Assembly (NCBI RefSeq): GCF_009914755.1
Contig: NC_060925.1
From: the human T2T-CHM13v2.0 reference genome, Homo sapiens
Reading direction: 5' to 3' (one strand)
DNA: 64,000 nucleotides
Shown here: positions 40,767 to 53,426 of the stretch, one piece after another
How positions within the stretch are numbered: the first letter of the stretch is position 1
Layout: every line of letters begins with the position of its first letter
Position numbers and translations under genes: made by a program
The notes under the pieces: model-generated
The model's input: only the letters and a program-made list of their open reading frames with translations
Database searches by the model: none
What the model was told of the DNA's origin: nothing

Positions 40767-42871
40767 CACTTTTTAACATATCATCCTAATTTTGATTAGA
40801 TGATCTCAAAGACTATGTATCCTTGGTCTCAAATTTTCAAAACGTCTTTAGGTAAATTATGAAGAGACCATTTCCTGAACTGTAAAACATAAGAATAAAT
40901 TGCAAAAGTCATAAAAAAAGCAGATAATTACCCAAGAAGTTGTCAAGTTCAGGGATGGAAAATAAGTGGCTCTTTTGCCCTGAGTCCTCCTGCCAACTGG
41001 ATCTGCAAAAGGTTTCACCATCATCCCCATGCAGTACTCGAGACAGGCATTATCAATTGATCAGAGCTGGCAGAAAAGGGGACACCTATTTGCCATGCTA
41101 TCTTACTCTAACCATTCTGCTTTTAAATGTAAAGGAAACAGATATTTAAAATTTTAAAGTGATTTACCTTTTGCAAATCACCTGTTAAAGTCGTCGGAAT
41201 CAAAATGGAGTCACTTATGTAAAAAAGAAAAAAAAAATAAAGCCGGGCTCCATTTGTCCAGGTACATACATGGTCATACATGGTGACAGAACCAAGACCT
41301 AAGCCAGCCTCCTGATTCTGTCCAGGGCTCTCTGCCCCTCCTACTCCATTTCTGAAATTCAGTACCTACATTTTCATTCTAAAGCAATCAAAACATAAGA
41401 AGCAAACCTTTGACAGAGAGTTTTCATACTAATGCTCATTAATATAATGCTGAAATGAAAAATGACAGCTTCAAGTCAAGTGACAGACAGGGTTGGTTAG
41501 CCTGTTATTTTTCAGTTCAGTTTATTTACCTAAACCTAGAATGTGTCATGACTGGAAATAGACAAAACAGATTATTCTAATTCCACTGTCCTAGAAAAAG
41601 AAAAGGAAAATAGTCCTCATTAATAGGAACTGGGCTCAAATCCAGTCCTGAAATAACTTCCATTACTGAATCAACTTTTTAAAGGTGACTTTTCGTTTAT
41701 TAATGGCAAAGCATTTTAAGCATAGCTTTAATTACTCAGTTTAAATTATAGGCAGACATACAGAATTGGAAAAATAAGAAAAAGAGGTGAGAGAGAGATA
41801 AACATCTACTTTAATATAATGACCATTCCCTTACTATGGAAATTATGCCCACATTATAATTTTTCTGGAGCCTCTCTCTGAATCACAGCTTCTAAATATT
41901 AAAATCACCTCTATAATGCAGTTGGAATAAAAACTGACTTGTCAAATTGTACCTAGTCAATTGATAATTCTATCTTGATTAACTCTCATTTTTTAGGCTT
42001 ACTATAATTGAAGCTGCTTTTTTTTTTTTTTTTTAAAGAAAAATCATCATCTAACACAGAAAATGCTTCTGGCACAATCTGCTTACCTAAGGAAACCAGG
42101 ATAACAGGCAGTTCTGTTACTTCACAGAGTTAATCCATTTTAGCACCTATGTTACTTAGTTACAAGGTACCAGCAGTTGGTCCTATAGTTTGTCCTTTCG
42201 CCCTGAGAAGGTGAGCCTGATACATATTTGAAGGAAGAAGGAGGAAAGCAGCAAGTACACAGAATCACTTCTCAGCACGCACCCTGCCACCACCCTGGGA
42301 GAAATGCTGAATCCGCAGCTGAAGTTCAGGGTCTGTGCTGCCCCTCCTCCATGCAAAAGGGCAAGTCAGTTCTAGGGTTCTTCCATCGTGTGGAAACAAT
42401 GCCAAAGGCCCTCAGAAAAATCCAGCCACAAAGCTGGAGTGATTCTCACCTTAGCCCCCTAAGTTAGCCCAAAGATCACTGGTGTACCATGAATTGGGGT
42501 CAAAGCAAGAATGTCACCAAGAGTTCTGGCCATATCCCACCATGCTAGCCTGGGCATGGTACCTTTAGACAAACAGGGTAGCCAGGACAAATTTTGACTT
42601 CTAGAAAGTAGACTAGTATTTCCTAAAGAATGGTGCAGGAAACACTGGAGAACTCTACTCTCTAGCCTAGTCATTACAAAAAATCAGAGATGGCTTCCCC
42701 TGTATCACATTACTGAATGAGTTTTTCAGGCAATAGATTTAATCATCTGGAAAAGAGTACAAGTACCCCAACTCACTCAGCAGAAACATTTTTAGTAGTT
42801 GGCATCTAAGACACCATTCACAATTACTGGAAACCCTATAAAACACTACCACTTTCATAATAAAAACCCAA

Positions 42872-43008
42872 GGCCAGGAGCGGTGGTCCATGCCTGTAAT
42901 CTCAACACTTTGGGAGGCGGAGGCGGGAGGATTGTTTGAGCCCAGGAATTTGTGAGCAGCCTGGGCAACATAGCAAGACTTCGTCTCTTGAAAAAAAAAA
43001 AAAAAAAA
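42872..43008 (+). mobile_element. FLAM_C/Alu monomer with poly-A
   Basis: Single arm gggaggattgtttgagcccagg followed by a ~18-nt A tail. Confidence 0.9.
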
Positions 43009-43262
43009 TCCTTGAGAAATGGCTATATGCTTGCTAAATCCGAAACAGTAGGTAGAAAATAAGTTTAAGAGTAGAAAGGACTTGATAGGGAATTACAGTT
43101 TGGTCACTGCTCAGCTCTGTAACCTTGAGTGAAATTACTTCCTATCTCTCAGTCTAACTTTTCTCTTTTTAAAAATAATCATAATAAAACTAATTTCCCA
43201 GCAGAGTCCTGAGGATTACATAAAAAACACGGAAAAAGTGTCTTCATAAAAATGCCTGGCCC

Positions 43263-43674
<412 letters not shown>

Positions 43675-43677
43675 CTA

Positions 43678-44051
<374 letters not shown>

Positions 44052-44984
44052 TTAAGTAACATGCCAGTGTCTTATCTATGAAACTGTTGTTTGTATTGGT
44101 AATTTGAAGCAACTACTATTTATGTATGTAATTATATGTGAAATTTGAATGAATTATAACTCTGGGCAATCATCTAGTTGAACAATTCAAATTGGTACCA
44201 TAATCTGGATCTCCTTTTCCAGAAATACATTGCAACTTTATTTCTCTTCTAATCAATCTCATTATGATGGAAGAGAAAGAGGGAAAATCTATCCCTCATC
44301 AGTTGAATAATAGCAATGTGTTATGGCTTCTTTTCTACTGAGTCCATTTCTTTTGTGTTAGATAACATGTATCTCTCAAAGTATTTTTGCTTATCTGTCT
44401 TCTAGAGCCTGCTTATGCATCTTATATTGCAAATATATCATTCTGTTCAGTTTTAGAAGCAAGTATGTACAATTCTGAAAAAGGAGGAGAGAAAGAAATG
44501 CATGTTTGATGCATCTAAGAGAACAGGCAGAAACAGCCTATGGCCACGGACAACAGCAGGCTTGTCCATCTGCCCATCATCAAACTGAACTGTGTCCACT
44601 AGTTATCAGCAGGGGGTGGCCAGTGGGCATCACACTAAAATAGAATTTCTGCCATTGGGAATACAAGGTGAGGAGGGAAGAAATTGTTTCAGAATCCATT
44701 TCTGCTTTGGCATGATGTATATAAAGAATTGTTGCTTGTTTCTTACACATAAATATAAAACTTCTTTCATTCTTTTTTTTCATTTATTAAACATTTTCTG
44801 GATGCGTTTTAGGATCTAGGCACTGTGCTGGCCACTAGGAATATAAAGAATAATTTCTTTCTTTAGCGATTCTGTTTTCTGAGGGGGACAGAGAAGTAAA
44901 CAAATAATTATAATACAGTAAGATGACAGCTAATATACATACAATGTGCTATTGGAACCCAAAGAAAGAAGTAATTAACTATGC

Positions 44985-45062
44985 AAAAATATAGCAGGTT
45001 TACAAATTTGTGAGGCATCTTTGCAAGAGGCTATGCTAATCTTCTCTGTAATATTCCAGTGT
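44985..45062 (-). pseudogene. U6 snRNA pseudogene (5'-truncated, diverged)
   Basis: aaaaatatagcaggtttacaaatttgtgaggcatctttgcaagaggctatgctaatcttctctgta aligns to the U6 reverse complement, including the ACAGAGA box and AGATTAGCA. Confidence 0.9.
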
Positions 45063-48000
45063 TGATACCAACAGGAATGAGACCACTACAGGAGTGAGAC
45101 CAACCACAGAAGTAGAATAGAACATCCAAGAATAAACAGATGGATCTTGATGAGTTATGTTTATCTTAGGGTAGGAGAAAAAAGTGTTTATTGTCTTTAT
45201 CTTCATTTGTTACAGTCTTTTTTATGTGTGTGTATGTTTATGATATAATTTTTAACCTTAGTAATAGCATCTAAATGTCTCAACCTCTGTATTCTATATC
45301 AGTATGCTTGAGGGTATGACCACTGGAAAACACAGATATAGATATGATATAAATGTAGATATAGATGCAGATTGTAAAATAGATTTAGATAGCTTCTTGT
45401 CTCTGGAAATACTACTTACAATATATTTTTTAAATTTTACAATAAAGCATTGTCTTTTAGGTAATTTCCTAACAGAAAAGTGAAGATAAGGCATAGCATT
45501 TATTGGCACTTAGCAAAATTAAGATGTTAATACAAATACAACCTTAGTGTGCTTTTAGACATACTATAAAGGCTTCTTTTCGATTACAGAAATGAAGAAG
45601 GAACGAATTGAGGCACTCCAATTTCAGCTAAAGTAGAAAGTGTGGGTAAACTGTCAGCTTACTGTTTAAATGTCTGTTGGCTTTGTTACTAGCACACTAA
45701 TTTGGAAACAAAATTCACATCGGTTTCCGATAAAATTTATTGTTCCTCTTTGAGGCAATTTTTTGTGCTAATTTACCCAAGTCTCATCTTGGGTGTCCCA
45801 GGCATTCCTCTGTGCTGTTCCTGAAACCATACATTGGCCTGGAGCTATTTGAGTAATAATATTGGTGTTCCCCCTCCATGCCCCAGTCACAGGAGCCAGT
45901 GGCACATTCTGAAAGGTATCCAAGACATTTGCTTGCCCCAGGAGCACCATGGTTTTAAGCATCAGGCTTAGCCAGGGTCTAAGTCTGCTTTGAAGAACCC
46001 ACTCCAAAGAGTAACAGCTGTCACTTTGCCTGTCTCTGTCCTGGTGGACACCAAAACTTAAATAGTCTATCCCCTGACGAATTCAAGAGAATATAGTCAC
46101 ATTGTTATTATTATCCATCAATTGTACAAGACATAAAAAGTCCTAAACTTACCTCTAATCTCTACTTTAGTCAGATAATTGACTTTTTTCACATATCAAA
46201 ATTTCATTTGTACCTTACCTACATGTAATGAAAACCACAATGCCTGTGGATATAGCTTAATGTTTTTATTCTTTCCACTTGTCAACTCTGTATAAGTAAT
46301 TTGAGGTCACTGTTCTCAATGTGTTTCTCTTTTAATAATATCTAGCACAGCTTCACAGGCAACTTTATTTTAAATGAATGTTTTCTATTGATAGTGGTGG
46401 TGCTAGAGGTGTTGCCAGCTTTTCTGTTCCACTCCAACAAGTATCCAAGTGTTGTCCTATGAGTGAATAAAGTTTTGCCAAGATCTACGTTATTTTCTAT
46501 GCCTTTTATTACAAATTTCTAGCCAACATAATTTTTCATTCCCTGCGTATGTAAAAACTGCAAAAAAAAAAATGGAATTTAAAAATAAAAAGTAAATGTC
46601 CTTACGCAGTAATGGCTCAAGCCTTGAGTAATGGCTCAAGCCCAAGGAATCTGACTCATAAATGCTACGGAGAAAGTCATTCATTAACTTAAGGTCAAAG
46701 ACATGCAAGCTACTTGACAATAAATGGAGGCCAACAGAAACATTAATTAGTGGAAATGTTTAAAAAGTAGACGTCACTGTGAAAGCAATGGCTTATTTCT
46801 GATGATGAAAGGTGTGATATCTCTTCTAGGTTATTTATTAACAATAGCCAATATTCAGAAAAAAAGAGATAAATGAGCAACATAGAAAAGGACTAGGTAA
46901 CACCCAACTTATGAGCAGCTTCAAAACTCCAAGAGCATGCCAGTTGTATAGTTTTAAGAAAGTATTTTCCCTTACGGTATTGTTAGACATGGTAGAAACA
47001 CTTTGCTTTCAGCTCACATAAGCCAATCTAAACTATAATGTAGTTGAAATATAATATTGCCCTGGTAATTCTATATTAAATTCACCTAACCCTTTGTAAC
47101 ACACTTCTGAATTTCTATCTGTGAATAATAATGAAAAAACACCATTTATTGAGCATATATGTACTACTTCTCAGGCACTGTGCCAATTTAATCCTTACCT
47201 CAGTCTGTAAGATAATTATTATTGTTATCTTTTACAGATGCGCAAACAAATCTAAAATTCTAAAACAATCTGCTATAGGCAAGAGTATGTTAATAATGCT
47301 GTATGTATGCATAAGAGAAAATGTCCTCTAAGTCTGTCGTTCTCCAGTTTTCATACTTAATAAACAAGAAGCAATCCACAGTCAAAGGGCAGAGGCTCTG
47401 GACACAGAATTCCCTGTAACATGTTCACAAGATCAGATAAATGCCTCTGTCAGTGACTGTCCATATAGTACAATGTATTTGCAGCCTTGAGGAACATGTG
47501 TAGATTCAAACATATTCTGGGTTCCTCTTTTAAGAATCTTGTTAGACAGACCTTTAGATCTTATTTTTAATAACTCTTAATCTTTTTTATATACTCAGCC
47601 AAAGATCAAAGCTGCTGCTTAACTTTAAGCTATACATTCTGTATTTTCTACTTTAACTTGTACTTATGCCACATTTTTTTTTCATAGCAAGAGATAGATT
47701 TACCTTCACGAAGGAATACAATTTGCCCTTAAGGAAATGGTATTCATTTTCAATAAACATTTGGTAAGTAACTACTTTTTCAAAAGTCAAAGACTAAGTC
47801 CGAAGAAGGTAAAAAGATGGATAAGACCTAACCTATGCCTGTAAGGGGCTTAAAATCTAACTATGGGGACAGAAACTGAATCAGGGCTAAGTTTGAAGTA
47901 AAGCCTCACACTCCCTCTCCAAAGAACAATTTCTGACACAGTATTGTTTCTCTAAGGAGCAAGCTCTAACTTTGTCTCAATACGAGAAAGGGGGCTAAAC

Positions 48001-49886
48001 AATAATTGTCTAGGATAAACTGTTAAAACTAAAAGATTCTGGTTCTACCAATAACTCTGAGGGAGAGGGGGCAACGCTGGAGAAAGGGAACAGTTTCAGA
48101 ATTGACATAAGTGTGCCTGAGGATGTTCCTTTACAAACCACATACCCCCAGCTTGCCATGTTCCCAAGAATCACTGCTATAGGGAGTCCAGGTATAGAAA
48201 GGAAGACGTCATGCGTCTCAGAATCTTGAGACAGGCAAAGACGGAGAACCACAAGGTCTAACATGCTGTAGTTTTCCAGGTGCAGCTTCCAGTGACAACA
48301 TAGTATATACTCATTTTTCTATTTGTCCTTATTTAATATTAAATAAAAAAGAATATTTGGCACAAAAGTCCAGATCAAGAGGAACTTAATTCAAGTAGGT
48401 GATTACCTGTGTCATTCATTGAGATAAAAGGCTGTCTCTTCAGAAGTAGGCCTGAATCACTGCAAACTTGAGTTGCTTAGAAAAGAGTCTGTGATAAAAA
48501 CAAGTATGAAGATAGTTACCTAAAGCAAATTATTTTTACTCATTAACAACTAACCTTTTGGGAATGCTCTCATAACTTACTATAATTTACTCTCCCCAAA
48601 AACTCAGAGAATTAGCCTAATTCTCTTCTACACATAAAATACCGCAGATATTTTCTCTCTTTGGAGAAGCAGCCTTTCTCCTTTTTACCAAAATGAAATT
48701 CTTAGTGCCACAGCTTCCTAAATCTATTTCAGTCCTTATATTTATCTTTTATCTATTTTCACACTTCACGTTCCCCCTGTAAAATGCACCCCTAACCAGT
48801 TGATATTCTATCTTATCTTCCATCCTCATGCACCATTTAGCATTTACATTTATGTTTTATGTTTTGCTGCCACACTGATTACCAAATGGTGGTGGATGAC
48901 ATTTTTGTTTTGAGTTCAGCATTTTGTTTCTGTTTTAGTTTTAGGGCGAGGGGTTTTTTAAATGGTATTATATGGCATTTAAAATTATATGGCATATCAC
49001 TCTATAAAAATTTAAGTTAAAGAAAAGCCTTTTTCCAAATGAAGGGGAAAAGCTATTCAATTTTACCACATAGAAACCACTGCTAAAATTTTGGTATTTT
49101 TCCTTGCAGCATTTTTTTCTATGTATGTTTTTTAACTTTTCATTTTGAAATAATTTCAGACTTACAGAAAAGCTGCAGAAATATACAGAGAGTTACCATG
49201 TACCCTTCACCCAGCTTCTACCATTAATATGTTAATGACTTCCATAACCATAGTATAGTTGCCTAGATCTTCTATGTATATTTTGACAAGGTTGAATTTA
49301 TATTTTTTGTTCATTGCTTTTTTTGCATTTAATATGATAGCATAAGCATTTATATTAAGTTCTTCAAAAATATTTTAATGTCCAAGTAATGTCATACTAC
49401 ATAAATGAATATTTTAATTAATTATTTCCATACTGTTGGATATTGAGATTGTGATTTTTTCTATTATTAAAAACTCTCATCAACATGTTATCATTTTTTA
49501 AGTATCTACTAATTTTATGGGTCAAAAAGGTAGTCTCTCATTTTAAATTGCTTTTTTGTAGTTATTATTGAAGGTGAACATTTTAAATGCTTACAGTTTT
49601 TATTTCATCTTTTGTAAACTGTTTATTCAGGCCCTTTTCCTTGTACTGATTGGTGTCTGAATGTATTACTTACAAAGTTATGTAAAGCTTACATATTTAA
49701 GATTAAGCTTTTGACTCAAAGATTACAAAGTGTTTTATTGTTTTGTATTCACCTTTTGATTATTTTGTTTTTATTGCAATAATCCAAAATAATTTTGCTG
49801 ACTGAAAACAACATATCTCTTTTATAGTTGTAATTTGTAATTAAATAACTTTTCTATAAAGTAAAACTTCCTTCCATTCTTCAACT

Positions 49887-50005
49887 CAGTATTTCTCAAA
49901 CTAAGATCTATCAACCACTAGTTATCTGAACATGTGACTCTTGGGAATGATAGGAATTTCCTTCCTTAAAAGAGTCTATATATTATTCAAGTTTGACAAT
50001 TACTG
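49887..50005. mobile_element. hAT-Charlie-type MITE remnant
   Basis: 16-bp TIRs CAGTATTTCTCAAACT / AGTTTGACAATTACTG (2 mismatches). Confidence 0.55.
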
Positions 50006-50547
50006 CAAAAGGTACAAAAGTCAAAGGAGGAATTCCATGTTTAATAAGATGCCATGCATACACAATAAAAACACTTTATCAAAGGATCAGTTAGTATTGT
50101 ATGTTTTCTAGTGTTAATTATTTTATACTATTTTAATGTCTTATAAATACTCATAACTGACAACTAATTTCTTTTGTGTTGTTACAAGCTGAACATCAAA
50201 AAGCTGTATTTCACTTCTACAATACTAAATTGCTTAAAAGTCCCAAGGCACCCCTAGCTCTTATGTCAACTACCTCTGCTCCCTTTGCCTGGAGTACTCT
50301 CTCACTCCATTCCTCCACCTCAATCAAGTGGAAAGCTTGTGTGCCTCATTGTCATTCCTCTCCACCAAACCATCCCGCAAAAATCTCTGAGTTGTTGTAT
50401 TCTCTGCTAACTTTTTCTCCATGTTTACTTTCACCGCTGCATTATCCTGGCATTTTGTTATGTAGCTGTTGCCCCTCGCAACTGTCAGAGACTGTTCTCG
50501 ATATTAAATTATCATCGCTGTAATTCCAGTGAGGCTAGAAAAGTTCC

Positions 50548-50683
50548 TATATATATATATAAATAAATATATATATATACACACACACATATATATACGT
50601 ATATATACACATATATATACACATATATACACACATATATACACACATATATATACACATATATATACATATATATATATATA
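50548..50683. repeat. Compound (TA)n/(CA)n microsatellite
   Basis: About 135 bp of alternating TA/CA blocks. Confidence 0.97.
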
Positions 50684-50994
50684 ATTGGAACTTCTTTAAT
50701 GTTTATAAAATGAATTATCCATATAAGGTAGCAATCATCTGGGAGAGTTCTAAGAAGCCCAACCTTGTTTGCTAAATTGTACTGACAAATAATACTGCAA
50801 GTTCATCTTCCAGCTCTGCAATCAGTTGTCTCATGGGATCCACACTTCATTTTGGCAATGTCAAATGCTTTCTATTCTGTGATGAGTGACTCAAGCCAAA
50901 GATAACATCTTTGCTCAGGCAGGTGATTAATAATCACTCTTTATAAAGACTTTTTATATTGAAATAATTTCAAACTTACAGAAGAGTTGGAAAA

Positions 50995-51380
50995 TGCTAT
51001 GGTTTGAAAGTTTTCCCCTCTCAAACTTATGGTGAAATTTAATTGCCATTGTAACAATATTAAGAAGTGGGATCTTTAAGAGGTGATTAGGCCATGAGGG
51101 CTCTGCTGTTATGAATGAATTAATGCTGTTATCAAGGGCGTCGGTTGCTTATAAAAGGATGAGTTTGGCCCGATTTGTTGCTTACTTTCTCCCCCTCTCT
51201 TTGCCCTTCCACCATGTGATGCCTTCTGCCATTATGATACAGCAAGAAAGTCCTCACCAAATGCAGCCTCTCGATCTTAGACTTCCCAGCCTTTAGAACT
51301 ATAAGCCACTATGTTTCTGTTTATTATAAATTACCCAATCTGTGGTATTCTGTTACAGCAGCACAAAACAGACTAAGACA
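50995..51380 (+). mobile_element. MST-family solo LTR
   Basis: TGCTATGGTTTG...cagactaagACA; TSD gaaaa/gaaga. Confidence 0.9.
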
Positions 51381-51845
51381 GAAGAATGAAACAAAGAACT
51401 GTTGTATATTCTTTAACCATACTCCTCAATTGTTACCATTTTGCCACTTTTGATTTCTCTTTCTGTGTGCATGTGCACACACACACACACACACACAAAA
51501 CAAAATACTTTTGCTGAACCATTTAAGAGTTACTTGCAGATTATGTCCCTTTATCTCTAAATACTTCAGTGTTCATTTCCCAATAAAGAATGTTCTCATA
51601 AATTAACACAGTATATTTATCAAATCCAAGAATTTAACATTTACGCAATACTGTTATCCAATATACAGCCTATATTCATTTTCCTCTAATTGTCCCAATA
51701 ATGTCCTTTACAGAATTTTTTTCTCTGATCCAGATTCAAGATCACACATTACATGTAGTTGGCATGTCTGTTAATCTCCTTCATCTGGGACACTTCACAT
51801 TTTGTTTTTCATGACATCGAAATTATTCAGAAGTACCAAGGGATT

Positions 51846-52388
51846 TTTTTTTATACCTTAAGTTCTGGGGTACATGTGCAGTTTTGTTACATAGGTGTAT
51901 ACACGTGCCATGGTGGTTTGCTGCACCCATCAACCTGTAATCTACATTAGGTATTTCTCCTAATGCTATCCGTCCCCTAGCCCCCCACCCTCCAAAAGGC
52001 CCTGGTGTGTGACGTTCCCCTCCCTGTGTCCATGTGTCCTCATTGTTCAACTCCCACTTATGAGTGGGAACATGCAGTGTTTGGTTTTCCATTCTTGTGA
52101 TAGTTTGCTGAGAATGATGGTTTCCAGTTTCATCCATGTCTCTGCAAAGGACACGATCTCATCCTTTTTAATGGCTGCATGGTATTCCATGGTGTATCTG
52201 TGCCACATTTCCTTTATCCAGTCTATCGTTGATAGACATTTGGGTTGGTTACAAGTCTTTGCTATTGTGAATAGTGCCACAATAAACATACGTGTTCATG
52301 TGTCTTTATAGTAGAATGACTTATAATCCTTTGGGTATATACCCAGTAATGGGATTGCTGGGTCAAATGGTATTTCTAGTTCTAGATC
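51846..52388 (-). mobile_element. L1PA7-like 3' end, 5'-truncated
   Basis: The ORF 52047-52289 translation matches the L1 ORF2 C-terminus (MFIVALFTIAKT...WMKLETIILSKLSQE). TSD accaag(g/a)gatt. Confidence 0.95.
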
Positions 52389-52784
52389 ACCAAGAGATTA
52401 TTTTAAAGAATGTCCCTTTGGTTCTGTATGATGTTTCCACTTGGTTAGATTCAGATTATGCTTTTTCAGCAGGAATACTGCATAAACATTGTTGTACATT
52501 TCTCAGTATAACATGTCAGGGATCATACCTCAATTTATCTCATCATTGGTGATGTTAACTTTGACTACTCAGTAAGGCAGCATTGGTCAGGCTTCTCCAC
52601 TTTTCATTCTGTAATTAATAAGTAACCTCCAGGGAGATACTTTGATGAAATGTAAATATCCTGTTCCTATTCAAACCTTTAGCTTATTGATTATTCTTCT
52701 GAATAAATCATTTTATAATGATTGCAAAATGTTGATCTTCTACCTTTACTATTTCTTCTACATTTATTAGTTAATTAACCATTC

Positions 52785-53092
52785 TTTTTTCTTTTCTTTT
52801 TTTTTTTTCTTTGAGTCAGGGTCTTGTTCTGTCACCCAGGCTGCTGGATTGCAGCAGCACAAGCATGGCTCACTGAAACCTCAACCTCCTCGGCTCAAGT
52901 GATTCGTCCCAACTCAACCTCCCAAGTAGCTGGGACGATGGGTGTGTGCCACCACACCAAGCTAATTTTTTTTGCCCAGATGGGGTCTCCCTATGTTACC
53001 CAAGATGGTCTTGAACTCCTGGGCTCAAGTGATCCTCCCACCTCAGCTTCCCAAAGTGCTGGGGTTACAACTCCTAGCCAAGGTGCCCAGCC
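52785..53092 (-). mobile_element. AluJ
   Basis: Poly-T, gaactcctgggctcaagtgatcctccc; TSD cattcttttt. Confidence 0.92.
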
Positions 53093-53426
53093 CATTCTTT
53101 TTTTGAAAGTTCTTCTCCTTAGTTTGTATTTTTATTCTTCATAAGACTGTTCAAATTCAAAATTTTTAAAAGTGGTATCTTTAAACCTATTTTTAAATTT
53201 TAATCGCATTTTTCTTTAAATTTTACATTTCCAATGTAACATGTTAAGGACACCTACAGCCGACATTCTATGTTACTCAACCATTTTCTACTTTGTAAAA
53301 CTTTGAAACTTCTAAGTCTTGCCACAAACTTCTAACTAAAATCGAAGACTAGCTCTGTCTTGTTCCAATGCTCCTTAATCAGTCCTCGAAAATGTCTAAC
53401 TCCTACCTAGGAATCTGGTGATTATA

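Larger units (their letters stand above)
50950..52780 (-). mobile_element. Old L1MC/ME 3' region hosting an MST LTR, (CA)n and an L1PA insert
   Basis: ttgaaataatttcaaacttacagaagagttg 3' end; resumes after each insert (gctgaaccatttaagagt, aattgtcccaataatgtcc). Confidence 0.8.

Noticed and set aside
44530-44560. REST/RE1 site (ccacggaca)
   Set aside because: Only the right half-site core matches; the TTCAGCA left half is absent.
48329-48346. 18-bp perfect palindrome TTATTTAATATTAAATAA
   Set aside because: A/T only; plausible by chance in this base composition.
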